Shown here: positions 13,963 to 27,401 of the stretch, in pieces
Layout of the letters: each line of letters starts with the position of its first letter
Numbering within the stretch: position 1 is the stretch's first letter
NCBI GenBank assembly: GCA_964057225.1
Contig: OZ059895.1
Location: forward strand, 18,042,001-18,106,000
Direction: 5' to 3'
DNA length: 64,000 bases
From: Auanema rhodensis
Taxonomy: Eukaryota > Animalia > Nematoda
The notes under the pieces: generated by a model
What the model was told of the DNA's origin: nothing
Database searches by the model: none
Seen by the model: only the letters and a program-made list of their open reading frames with translations
Translations under genes and position numbers: made by a program

Positions 13963-14501
13963 TTAATCCTTTTTCTGGAATTCAATTGGAATCGTACGTT
14001 TGCCATTGAGTTGTTGAATTTTTGGAGCTTCGATAATTAATTCTCCATTGTCGGAAAGCTCCGATTTGAAATCTTCAATTCTAACATCTTCGGGAAGAGT
14101 CCATCGGCGAACAAAAGAGCTAGAAATGCAAAGGTTAATTTAAATATAATATGTTTAAAATCTTACCGCTTGACATAACTTCCTTCATTATCTTGCTCGA
14201 AATTTCCTTCAACAGTCATGATACTTCCATCAAGACTGATCTTTAAATCTTCAGGCCTGTATTTGGAAACGTCCAAAGTGATAGCGAACTTTTGAGCGTT
14301 GTTAACAACCTGAATGAATAACAAATTAAACCATATATGTTAATTAATACTTACTTCCTTGGCAGATTCCGTCTGAGATGTAGGCTGGACTACGTTTCCC
14401 ATATGCTGAACACAAAGAGGCTCAAGTCGCTCCATCTCCTTCATTATCTCCGTGGCAGTACGGAAAAATGGGCTAGCACGTAGAGGCAAGAAAACAGACA
14501 T
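13963..14501 (-). CDS. hsp-16: Small heat-shock protein (alpha-crystallin domain), hsp-16 type
   Basis: Three exons: MSVFLPLRASPFFR...VVNNAQKFAITLDVSKYRPEDLKISLDG...SFVRRWTLPEDV...SELSDNGELIIEAPK...RTIPIE (IxI motif). Confidence 0.93.
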
Positions 14502-14592
14502 TTCGATTAAAGTAGAAGAAGTAGCGAAGGTTTTAATAGCAGTTGAAGCGAATTCAAATCTTCAGTTGATGGCATACATGAAAATCGCAGGC

Positions 14593-14787
14593 TTATATAG
14601 CGCTTTGGTCGTCTTTCGAGAAGCTTGCATAATGTTCTTGGTACTTCGAGATCTTTCTCGAACATTCTGTTGTCACGTTGATGTGTTGCGAAATCAACAT
14701 GACAACAATATAATTCAAACTAAAAATAGTTCAACCCTTTATGACGTAACTAGAAGCTTCTAGACGTAACCAGCGAAGATTCTAGAA
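14593..14787 (-). promoter_or_regulatory. Heat-shock promoter: TATA box plus HSF-1 heat-shock elements
   Basis: CTATATAA on the minus strand (14593-14600); perfect HSEs TTCtcGAAcaTTC (14655-14667) and GAAgaTTCtaGAA (14775-14787); imperfect HSEs at 14615-14627 and 14753-14765, directly upstream of the sHSP gene. Confidence 0.88.
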
Positions 14788-15045
14788 AATGATTTATATA
14801 TTTTATTTCATAAAAATATATTTAGAAAGTATGGAATGGTTTGAAGTTTTTAAAATTAAAATTAAATTATATTTTACAAGCCAAAAAAGCAATTGCTAAC
14901 AAAATAAGAGGAACAATATCTGTAAAAAATGTTAATATATGATGAAGTTTATAAATTATAATTAAATTAAATAAATAAGATATTTAAAAATATATTATAA
15001 CAAACTATTGAATTTATATACTACTACATATTCATGCGGATTGTA

Positions 15046-15118
15046 GCCTCGTTAGCTCAGCTGGTAGAGCGTTAGACTTTTAATCTAACGGTCAGGGGTT
15101 CGAGCCCCCTACGGGGCT
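15046..15118 (+). tRNA. tRNA-Lys (anticodon UUU)
   Basis: Cloverleaf: acceptor GCCTCGT/ACGGGGC, D-arm GCTC/GAGC, anticodon arm TTAGA-CTTTTAA-TCTAA, T-arm AGGGG-TTCGAGC-CCCCT; T6 Pol III terminator from 15123. Confidence 0.97.
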
Positions 15119-15738
15119 AATATTTTTTAAATATTTTAAATACATTTTTCTCGGGTTTTATCTATTTCAAAATTGCTGACTAGTGCTTCTGGTTTTAAAG
15201 TTATGAAATTGCAATTGAAATCTAATTGAAAATCAATTTTTTAATTTAAATATAACAAAGAATTATATGAAAGTAGTTCAAAAAATTGTAAAACTATTAA
15301 TACAATATGTATAAATGGAATCTCTGATTATTTAAGATATCTCTATCTTCAATATCTCTCCTGTTTCCACAATATCTTTATGTTGTCAGTTGTTTTGATG
15401 TGTGTAACATTCGAAGCTCTCACGTTCTCAGTCTAGCAATCTAGGTAGCTGCTACTAAGGTGTCTGTCCGTACATCGTTTTATTGTACTATGCAAATGAC
15501 TTAAACTTCTGAATAATTGCCATGAGAATTTATTTTTGAAGGTTTTGATTTGTAAAAATTTGAAATGCCTTACAGCTTACAGCATTATATCTTTCAACAT
15601 GTTGCTGTTTCGCGCAATTCTCTTCACCATATCGTTGTAAATCGTTTTTAATATGTTTTAAACAAGAATATTTTATTATTTATTAAGTTTTTAATTGTAA
15701 TTTCTATTTCATAAGTGAATGCTAATATCAAATACATC

Positions 15739-18700
15739 ATGAGCAATTATACTTCTTTACGCACTCGTAGTGGTAGTGTTGGCCGAGGTGAACGTGATAG
15801 CGGATCATCTAATTATCGAAGTAGTTATGGACCACGAGATTTACCAGTGAGCTTCACGATTTTGTTCTATTTACGAAAAATAGCTATACTACTACTTTTT
15901 ATCTCCCAATATGTTTTATGAGGGTTTTAGAAGAACATATGGACTCAACTTTGAGTTGCAAAAGATGTTTTTTCTTTGCCTTGAAGCAGAACGAATATGA
16001 TTGCATGGATTTAGAAAGATATATTATGAACTATGTTTTGTAATAAGAAATTTATATATTTTACTTTGATATAGTAGACAAACGTTTGTGAACAAAGGTT
16101 ATTTCAGAAGCCTGTGTCTAGAATGTCTAGAGCATCAAGTTATGATCCGTTTGCTACTCGCTCTAGCTTAACTAGCTCAATGACTACCTATAATCGTCCA
16201 TCTTATAGTTCAAATTATTCACCTATGTCACATTCATATCATCCTGACTATACTTCAAAAAGTTTAAGCAAACGGTTTGTTCTTCATGAGAATCGATTTA
16301 TGTTTATATTACTTTTTGTTTATTTCAGATTTGGTAGTTCAGAGCAGCTTAATTCAACGTCATATAAGAGCATGTATTCCAATCCAGGCTTCTCATCATC
16401 TTCAAAATATCGTTCTTCTGATATGCCTTCATCAATGAATAGAGAAAGATCGACATATCGTGCTTCATCAACATTCTCTCCTAGAACACCTCGTAAGTTG
16501 TTTCATCTTCAACCACTATAGATCATTGCAATTGAAGTTGGCTCCGATAAAAAGAGTACCAGAGATTTTACACCATCTTCTCGTGACTTTTCGTCTATTA
16601 GTCTTTCTAAATATAGGCCTGATGCATCAACATCTTCTTATGGCTTTTCATCGTCATCATCGTAAGAATTTTAAATTTAAGATTTTAAAAAGTTTTCCAT
16701 TTCAAGTTATGCAAGACCTTCTAACTATTATTCATCTACATCATCTTCATATTCACCTACTGTTCGATATGATTATCGCTCTAAAACTCCAGGAGTTACA
16801 AAGTAGTTGAAAAATTTATTGTAAAATAAAGAAAAAACTTTTTTTAAGAGCCTCAGGATCAGAAAATAGATTAAGCCGATATGATCGCGATTTTCGCTCT
16901 CTATGCCCGATAGAAAAGACATCCATTAGGGAAAATGTGAGTAAATTATAATTTTTGAAGGTCATACTGAATGCTTTACCACATTCTTTGAGATTAATAT
17001 ATTTTCTATCGATTTTCTTTCTTAAATTGTGCCCCAGCGTAGAGATGTCCAGCATAGATCAGCTGTGATCTCCGGTTCTTCGGCGGGGGAGGGCTAATAG
17101 TGTAATAAAGGGAACACAAAAATAATGTTTGAACTAAAATTATTACTGTTCTAAAACCATCTAAAACTAAAAATTTCGATTTTTTTCAATACTCTGCAAT
17201 GAAAACTAATAACAATGACTTTGAATTTTCAGGACAAAGCAGTAGATGAAGTAGAGAGCACGTTTCAAAAACTATATAATCGTTATGTGAAAGATACTGA
17301 TACTGATGTTAAAAAACGTAGTTAATTAGTCTGTTTTTATTGAAAAATAGAAATAAACTATTTCAGCAGCATCTAGAAAGTTCATATCTCTTAGTGAAGA
17401 AGAAGCAACATCTGAAGATGAAATGTCAGTATCTTCATTATCAAATTCAGATAATGAAATTAAGTCAACCAGTGATTTACCAACAACCATTGTATGTATA
17501 TTTCTATATATATATATATAGAAAAACATATGCCTATGTTAACAACTAATCCTCGGTTTCAGCCAGTCCTAACTCCTAGAGCATCACCCAGTGATCTGAC
17601 ACCGATTGCATCTCCCATCATGTCTAAGAAAAATGTCTCTGAAGATGTTAAAACACTTCCCAGTGAGTCAAATTTCTTATTTGTTTTTGAATGATATTTG
17701 ATCTGAATTTTGAATTATTAGAATCCCACTTCCGTTGTTAAAAACAATTTTTACATTTTCACTTGTTGAGCACCAATTTCCCTCTGTCCGACACCTTTTC
17801 CCATTTGTGTTTTTCTTTGCAGAAACAGAAGATATTCCGAAATATGAGGAGAAAATAATGAAAAAGGAAATTTATAAAAATGAAACCAAGAAAGAAAACA
17901 TCGTAGAAGCGTCCAAATCTTCAAAAGAAAAGTTTGAAGAAAGTCATGGTGATGTAGCGATGAAACCCGGTTAGCATGCACTTTCATACCTTAGCTAATC
18001 CAAGATTCCAATTTTCTAACAATTTTATGTTCTGACTTTTAACAACAGTAAAAAATCACTTTTTTCAAAAAATAACTTAATTTTTATTACCCATGTTTAG
18101 CTGTTATCCCTACACGTAATCTGAAGCCAGCAGCTAGTGCTATGGATAAGTTACTAAGAAAAGATTCACTGACAGTAAAATTAACTGATGCTATAGATAA
18201 AAAAAAAGTATTGTTTTTATTTTTACTTAATTTTACTTAAAAATATTATCTTCAGGTACCTTCCGAATCTCCTTCTCTTCCTGAATCGAAAAAAGTATTT
18301 TTTTTGTTCTGTTCCAATTCAATCGCAACTTGCCTTTCAGGTTGATCCAATTTCCAAGCTTAAATCTGCAGCAGAAATATCGAAATCAACTGATAGCCTT
18401 ATAAAGTCGACAACTCTGAAATCTGTGCCGTCAGCAAAGACCAATTCAAACTTGAAAGTTTCTACTTCAAAAATTTCCAAATCACTCAGCCCCGCTCCTA
18501 ATACTTTTTCTTCGAGTTTGGGGAAAGCTAGCCCTGCAACGAAAGCAACTTTAAGCTCTAGTGAAAGCTCTGTAACTTCATCAGCAAAAGGATCACCATC
18601 ACCAGTCACTAATCCATCATCAACCACATCGTCAGTCAAACCTTCGACTTCACCTTCCCCATCTCCGAATGTGACATCAGCCTTAGCTTCATCGTCTCCT

Positions 18701-21700
18701 TCACCGTCATCTACTAGAGTCTCTGGGAAAGATACCGAACCTATAGCAAAAAAACTTCAAGGTTCGACAAGCAAATCAAAACCTCCCGTGTCTGCAGTAA
18801 CAAAGCTTCCACCGAATGCATCCAAATCCGCTAGTCCAGCCCCAGTGAAACAGAAGCCTGCTCTTACCATAAACGTTAAAGCAGCTGAAGAACCAACAAC
18901 AGAAGTTACAATCATGGTTCCAAAGGTATTTAATGACCATATACCATTAATGGTATTTATGCTTTCAGGCCATGAGAAGCAGATCTTCGAGCCCACAGTG
19001 TCAACGAGAATCTTCGCCTCAATATCTAACCGCTGATGGCCAAACGTCTAATCAAAGTATTTTTTTGTTTCTTCTACTATCAAAAATTGAAAAAAATATC
19101 AACATGAACCATGAAACCAACTGCAGATGTTCGTTTGAACTGCAATGTGGCAGCTTTCTCTTTATCTTTTAGTTTACAATCCCCAATCCTCTGCCACTAA
19201 ACTCTAATGTGCTTTATCCAATACGCCCAGCTATATTCCAAAAGATATGCCGATAGTTTCAGATGTCTTTTCTTTTTCCAATCATTAGAAAAACTACTTT
19301 TTTCAGTTTTCAATTAAAAAAACTAAAAAAAACTAATTTCATCTGAGTTGTTTAGAAATGCGTCGAAGTGCTAGTCCTACACAGAGCAGCATGTCCGCAC
19401 TAACAGTGGAACGAACGGATAGAGCTTTTAGTGAAGATACATTGGATAAAAAATGTTGGTGTTTACTTCAATTTATTTTTTATTTTTGTTTTTTTTTTGT
19501 TTTCACTTTATTTATTTTATTTTTCATTAAAGCTGGTAAAAAACGACGCGATCCGACTAGAACATTGGACAACCTAAGAGAAGTTTGTCTTTCACACCTT
19601 AATATTATAAAATACATTTTTTTCCAGAAATTAGAAGACGAACAAAAGAAAATGGAAAACGGTTCGGAATCACCTAGTGAAGACACTGATTCTACAGAAG
19701 AGGTAACCATCCCCCTCCTTCATCCAAACATATTTTTATTGCAATGAATATTCAGATGAAATCAACTGTCCGTCCTCCTCTTCTTCTTGTTACTCAACCA
19801 TCTATGCCTTCAACTCCAATGACAACAACGGGAACAATTTTATGGAATTCTGATCCAAATGCTGCACACGCATTCTCAGATGCTGACTGGTCCGATGGAG
19901 AAGATGAAGCAGAATGTACCAAAAATGTATAAATGAACTTTAATATTATTCTATATTCAGATGCATCAGATCCTGAATATACAATTTCTCAAACATTTAA
20001 AATTCCTGATCGTCTACCTCTAGGTAGTTCGCAAAACCTGTCAATGAGCTATGTTCATATTTTCAGGTGATTTGTATCCCTTACGTTCAGCGTCTTCCTC
20101 CAGATGTTCTCCATTCGGTTCTGATTACGACAGCGATACTAGCACTCCATTTCTGGCTGAAAGCAGGTATTTTGGTTTGTTTTGAATTGTTTTCTGATCA
20201 TAAGCACAGAGCTGGAGATTCTCGTGGACGTGTCGATCAAATTTTCGCTGTACCTCCTCCAACTTTTACATGTTCCGTATCATATGATGGGCAGGTTTAT
20301 AATATTATAAAACTGTTCTTTTATAACATTTTTGATAATTTGCAGGAAGGTTGGGACTCAGATGAAGGTAGCATTCACAGTTGTCGCGATTTTGATGATA
20401 TGTACACAGGTTTTATCTCAATTTTTAATGACTTGAACATTTTTTTATCTCAGGACGTGTTACATCATCTGGATTAGCCTATTTAACCCCAAGTGAAGAT
20501 GTAAGCTAACTTTCATACAATATTTTAAACGGAAACTATGTATACTGTATTGCATTTAGGGATCATTTTATGATGAAGATTCAATTGCTGTCGGATGTAC
20601 ATTAAAGCTTGTTGATCGAGCTGCAATGATGGAAGAAGATGATTATACCGATGATTCTGAATATTATGACGATGAAGAGGTATTTTAAATATATTTTCTG
20701 AATGATTGTGATGGATTGACTAAATTACAGTATACGGATGAAGAATATTGGGACGAGGATGAGGAATATGAAGAGGAAGAGGAGTATGAATATGAGGACG
20801 AAGAAGTTGAAGAAGAAGAAGAAGAAGAAGCAGAGTTGGAAGCCATTTCAGTTGAAGATGAAGCTGAGATGCTCAGTTTCCGCGAGGTAAGTGATTCTTT
20901 TTTATATAATACAGTTGAATTCGGATATTAAGAGTCCTGCTTTGGTTGCTAATTCTGCTGATGTTCAAGAGGAAGAAATGGAATTTGAAGAAGCTGATGA
21001 AGATTTCGAGGTATTTGCAGTGATGTCATAGAAAACTAATTTGATTCTCAGATGGAAACTTCATACGCTATGGCTTTATCTAAAGAAGTAACTCCAGATA
21101 TATCTGGTGCCGATAAATATCGCGAAGTTACTTACACTAAAGATGTGACTTTCGTTACTGAAGAAGAAGAAACCGGCCACTTGAATGTAGCACAAGATGA
21201 ATCTACCAAAGCTAAAGCAAAACGAATAACAAAAGATGGACGAACTGAAAAGGTTTCTTAAAGCTACAAGTTTGTTTTTTGGTCATAAACCAAATTTTTA
21301 AAGGCTGATAAGAATATTATTCCATTGCGAGTAAATCCTGCCGAAGAAATAGTTACTGAAGCATCTGTATTTGAATTACCTTCGGATACTTTAATGGAAC
21401 TGGATCTTCATGAGCATGAAGATTCTCGGGTAAAAATTATAATCAATTTCAACAGTCAAACTTTGTCTTCAGGGTACAATGGAATTCAATGTTATTCCAA
21501 CATATGTTAAAACACAAACTGAACGTGTTAAAGAGGTATTAAATTATATTGGCGAATTTGATTTCAAAATCGTTATTGGTTAAGGAATCTGCTAGTAGAT
21601 TTTCGGATCGTAAGCCGTCAACTGATTTTGCAAGAAAAGCTGTCATTCAACCTAATAAATTGGAAACGGTTAAAGTTCAGAAGGTTGAGACTAAGCTTGC

Positions 21701-24218
21701 AGAGACACCGTAAGACTTCATTAAACTTGAGATAATATGCATATCTTTATTGTTGTAGAAAACCTGCTCTGGAGGAAGAAAAGAAAGCAGCCACGACGAC
21801 AAAGGCAGCATCTTCTGTACCTTCAATCAGCAAAGCTGCTACTTCTACTACTCAAAACGTTGCAGCCCAAAAAACTTCATCAGTCGCAGCTCCAGCCTTA
21901 GCTTCTACTACTGCAAAGGTGAAAACAACTAAGACGGATGTCAAATCAGAAACATCTTCTAAAGCTCAAGTAAGTTTCTAAATAAATAATTAAAAGAAAG
22001 ATTGTTTATTGCAGGAGCCAGAAGACAAGAGCAATATTCGAAAATCTGCGTTGAATATGACACAGGAAGATGCCAAGAAGAAAGCTAAAACAGATGAAGT
22101 ACTTTACATTTCTAACAGATCTAGACTTTTACTATTTTTTGTTAATTATAGGAAGCAGCAAAGATTAAAGCTCGACGATTCGGAACTGTTAGTGCATTAA
22201 TGGACAAATTTAAAGAAGAACCTAAACAACCTGAACCTATAACGTATGTGCAATATTATATTATTTTTATTAATATGTGTTGTTCCATGTTTTTTAGGTA
22301 TAAGAGGTCAAGTCGTCTGACTCAGAAAGAACCTGAAGAGCGACCTCGACGAAAGTATGAAGTTATTAAACCTGTGATCAATGATGAGTTTGATAAACAG
22401 GTAGCTTACAATTACAATTGTATTCATAGATTAATATAAATTGATATAGATGGAAGAGATCAGAGCAAAAATGAAAGCTGGTCAATCACAGCTTCAGAGT
22501 GAGATGAAGAATCTATCAAAAGGAATTACAACAGCTTCTGAAGAAGCTAAGAAACGTGAATTGGAAGAAAAACATAAACTTCTTTTGGATAAAGCTTCAG
22601 GAGTGTTCAGGTGGATAGTAACAGAATAATTTTCTTAATTTTTACTTCTTTTTTTTAGTGAAGCAGATAAAGAAAAGATGCGTTGGAAAGAAAGACGAGA
22701 CGCGGAAACAGAAGTTGAGTTAGCCAGAATCGAAGCTAATAAGGGAAGTAAAGCTCAAAAGCAAGTTGTACCAGAGACAAAACCTGTTGAGGTAGGTATA
22801 ATTCTCCCGAATTTAAAATTTATGCAACTCCTAGGAACCTAAGAAAGAACCCAAGAGAACTGTTCGTAAAATTGTTCGTGATAAATCACCAGCTGTGAAC
22901 AAACCACCAGATTTTGCTACCACACCAAAAATTTCTGTAGCTGCTGCTCCAGGTAAACCTGTAGCAGCACCTTCAGCTGCAGTATCCATTCCACCACCAG
23001 CTCCACCACCAGCTCCGGCTGCTGCTACAACAGGAAAAACCGCAATATCTGTTTTGTCGACTAAGCCTCCAGTAAGCCAGGCCAAAGAAGCAGTTAATAA
23101 GGTTATTTAATTGTTGTATATTTAAAGTTTAAAATCGGGGTTTTAGGCAGCAGCGGCTACCTCAGAAAACACATCTAATACTGAATCTCCGGCTCCACGA
23201 GATATGTTCAGGAGAGAAAAAACGCCGGTTGTCAAGGTATGCTATATGAAAAGTTTAATCTTAACACATTAATGCTTACGTAAAGCCAGCGGATATGATG
23301 AAGAAACCATCAGCTCCAAAACAAGACATCATTGTCGATGAATCAAACTTTGATCTATTGCAAGCAGCCACCCAAGTAGCTACTAGAAGGTTTGAATTAA
23401 AGATATTTTCGAAAAACATGAAATGAAACTTGATGTTTTAGACGGAAGAGCATTGTTGAAATGAAGATGCAAAAAGAAAAAGGTTCACTGGCAGTTAGTC
23501 CATCACGGGTCAAAAATGATGGAGCTACATCACCAAAATTAGGACCAAAGGGAGATGGGGCAGCAGCAACAAAGATTCGAAATGTTTGTTCATACTAACA
23601 ATGATTTTACTTCTCATATACATAGGCTCTTGGTAATGTTGCCAATACAACAGTAGATTCTAAATCTCCAGCAGGTAGTGAGAAAGGTTCTTCTCGTCGA
23701 TATGGAGCTCGTCGACGAACACAAGAAATAGTCAATGAATCACAACAACCTAAGGTATTTATATGATATATTCAAATATATGCATACATGATTCATTTAT
23801 TTTCAGCGGAGAAGAAAAGAAAAACCAAGAAAAAATCGATTTATTCGTGATCCTCACGATATTGATATTTTGCTTGGCTGGGATAAGGAGAATACTTTTG
23901 AAAAAGTTGGTTAAAGATTTTCCCTTTCAGAATAAGACTGCAAGAAGAAAAACTTAAAACTTAATAAATTAAATAAATATGTGATTTAGATGGAAAAAAT
24001 GTTCCAATTGGCATCATCTCAAAAGAAAAATACGAGTGAAAAGGCGGGTAACAAGATAAGACGAAATCAGATATCATCTAAAACATGGATAAGCGAACTT
24101 ATGGTAACTATATATCATAAATTGAAAATAAATATTATTATTTGATTAATTATAGGATATTGATAAGATCTATAAGCCTTCTGAAATCCGTGATATTACA
24201 GCATCTGTTGATATGTAA
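15739..24218 (+). CDS. Large multi-exon uncharacterised low-complexity protein (Ser/Tyr/Arg-rich N-terminus, Ser/Pro-rich and acidic middle, Lys/Glu-rich C-terminal half)
   Basis: Several dozen short GT-AG introns link exons from MSNYTSLRTRSGSVGRG to KTWISELMDIDKIYKPSEIRDITASVDM*; the junctions checked keep the frame. No recognisable domain; could be several isoforms or two genes (possible internal start at 19358). Confidence 0.7.
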
Positions 24219-24438
24219 ATATAAATTTGTTTGTTTTTTTAATTATTTATTATAAAGCTTTTTTTTTATAAAAACAGCTACTGTATTAAAACAGCATGAA
24301 AACATAAAAAATTAGAATATAATCACATGGTAATGAAATGGAAATATTATTTTATTTTACATTGAGCAGTTCCACGAAGCGGTTGTATTTTTTTTTAATT
24401 TGATTTTAAAATTAACTTGTAGTTTTGAAGTTCTCGTA

Positions 24439-27401
24439 TTAACTTAAAAAACTTGGAGACGCAAATACTGTAATATTTTTGGGGGTTGATTCTATAGACG
24501 GGGAAAGAGCATAGGGAGAGAGTATAACGGCTGTAAATGAAGGAGGAGAATACACTGATGGTGATAAGACAAATGGAGATAAAACAAGAGGAGATAGCAT
24601 AAATGGAGATAATACACCCGGAGATAAAGCATATGGACTGAGAATAATTGGAGTCATTACCTATAACTTGCTTTGTTTCAAACAGGATAATAACAAATAT
24701 TAAATATACCTGCGGAGATAATACAAATGGAACCATAACAAATGGAGATAAAACTAATGGATTTCCTATAAAAAAGTTTGTTCTATATATCAAATTCTGA
24801 AATTGTTGTTATTGAAACATACCAACTCCAGGGGACAAGATTACAGGAAGCATGACCAAAGGCGATAGTATGATAGGAGCGAAGAGGAAGGGAGATAGAA
24901 TTACCGGTGATAAAGCACGAGGCGATACAATAACAGGGACGAATACCTAAAGAAGAAGAACCTTCGAAGAACTGAAGCATATATGTAAAACATACCCATG
25001 GACTGAGGATAACACTAGAGAAGATAGCAGGAGACCGAACAAGAGCAGATAATAACACAGGAGATAGAATAATATTCTCAAAAACATTAAGTTAAAAACT
25101 AAGATGTTTTTAATGAAATACCTGACTGGCAGCTTCTGGGGCTCCCACAATAGCCGCAAAGAGGAATGGAGACAAGATATAATCTTTCATTCGTTGATTC
25201 TTTCTCATAATCTGTGCTTCTCCTGTAGAAAGTTGCTTGATTGTCTAAATATTTATATATTTCTTGTGTTAATTTACGGTATTACTCTACTTGATAAATA
25301 TGTTTTCGAGTATCAGGCAAAGATCGATTCAAACTGTTCGATAAGATGGCTGGATTTTCATAAATACCGTTTTTTCCATATACCATATGAAGTTGTTTAT
25401 CAGTCATCTGAGCATATCCATACTCTTTGAATTGTCTCATCTATGTTTTGAGTTTAAATAATAAAATTTATCATCAACAGTCGTTTACAAACCTGTTCAT
25501 CGTTATACATACTATTTAGTTTTTCAAACGCTTTTAATGTTCGATATCCTTCTGTTCCATAAATTTCTGTAATGTTTTCACTTGAAAGCCGAACTTCTTT
25601 GCCTTCTGAGTTAACAAGCATTCCATCTTCTGCAGTTATTTTCTCCATTACTTTCTAATATCGAATTAAATAAGTTTCTCGATGTGTTCAAAACCTTTTC
25701 AGCATCTTCCAAAGCTTCTGTAATTCCAGTAGCTTCCGTTATCAGATCCATGAACAAATCTTTATCATTTTTATCAAAAACTCCTAGCAAATTTGACAAT
25801 GATGTAGCTTTTTCGATTCCCTGACCTTCCGAATGTAGTGAAAATAATGATGGCGATAGAACATCAACCTATAATGTATGTTTTACAGGTTTCAAATAAA
25901 GGTATTGATGTCGTACGGTATCATTGGACGCGTTTGTGTCTTCTGGGACAATTGACAGTAATCTAGGTGAGATCAATTTGATGTTTTTTCTATCCATGTC
26001 TGTTGAATTTTGTCCAAATAGTCTTAAACCAATTTTAACTCCTTAAAATGACATAGTGAATGCTGAGTTATTTCGCAGGAAGCTTACCATCTCGTATCAA
26101 ATTCACTTGCTCCATCATTCCTTTCTCTTTCGCGTTCATCTTGCGTTTCCCTTCACACGTCTCCTCAAGAACGTGTTTAGCAAATTCTCCAGGTTCAGAT
26201 AATTTTATACTATCTTCATCAGATTCAGTTGAATTTTCAAGTGAATCAGGCTGAACTTCCTGAAGAAAAAGGAAATACTTGAATGTTAATTTGAAAAGAA
26301 TTCAACTAACATCCGCTAATGGACGTCTATTCTGTTTCAATCTTCTAGTCAAAACATCTACATCTTTAACTTTTAAGTATTTTGGTCTTCTACTAATTAC
26401 TCGATTTGTGCCTAAAGAAAACAAAGCTTGACTTGAAAATGAAAAATGATATTATAACTAACCACTTAATGAAGCTTTCAGCATTTTTTGAACTTTATTT
26501 GATGTTTCTAACTTTTTTCCTTCTCGTTTCACATTTTTCATTATTTCTTTCCAACTGATAAACTTATTATTTTTGATTAAAAATTGAATTTATACCTTCT
26601 AGTTTCCTTTTTGTTTTTTAAAGTTCGAATACTATTAGTAATCTGTTGAGCAATCATTCCAAATGGTGATTTTTGGGCTTGCGAATTCAATTCATATGAT
26701 GATTTTCTAATGATCTGAATTCAAAATTCTTACATAAAAAGAAAAGTACAATAGATGTGACTGAACCTCTCGTTTGGACCTTAATCTGAAAGATCCGATC
26801 CATTCTTGTTCACGAGATCCAATTCTCCCGGTCTTTCTTTTAAGTTTTCGAACAAGATTAGCCTCTAAATTATGGCAAAATTACTTCATTTCAGAGTCAT
26901 TTAGAAATATTCTTTTTAAAAGTTACTTTTTTTCATTTTAATGAAAGTTGCTGAAGCATATCTCTTCTCAATATCCAACAGTTGTTGCACACATTGTGCA
27001 TGATCTTTAACATTATGAGCATTTTTTGAGCACTTTTCGTGTTGTTTAGCTACACGATCTGGCACTGTAGCTAACCTTCAAAGCAAATTTAAAATGATTA
27101 AGATAGATAAGTAGAAGCAGCTTACTTCTCATTAGCTACAGCAGCTATGAGGGCAGAAACTGCTTGAGATGACCAATGTAGATGTAAATCTTCACCAGCT
27201 GATTTTGTAATTTTCACCTTAATATAAGATTATATATGACAACGGTTAGTCGACAAATCGAACCTTTACAGGATTACCCAAAACCTTCTCAGCAGCAACA
27301 ACATTGACAGCATTTTCAAGCTTTGAAGTTTTTAGACTCAAAGCACAGTCGAACAAGGAGAAGACAATATAGCAGACAAATTGAATATGGTTTAGGTTCA
27401 T
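24439..27401 (-). CDS. MLT-10-like (moulting cycle, mltn family) secreted protein
   Basis: Signal-peptide-like N-terminus [22 protein letters not shown]; [12 protein letters not shown] furin-type site; [12 protein letters not shown] and [10 protein letters not shown] motifs; C-terminal tandem hydrophobic (I/V)LSPxxLSP repeats ending FASPSFLS*, typical of the MLT-10 family. Confidence 0.88.

Noticed and set aside
14452-14763. 103-aa plus-strand ORF
   Set aside because: Overlaps the hsp-16 promoter and start antisense; non-ATG start.
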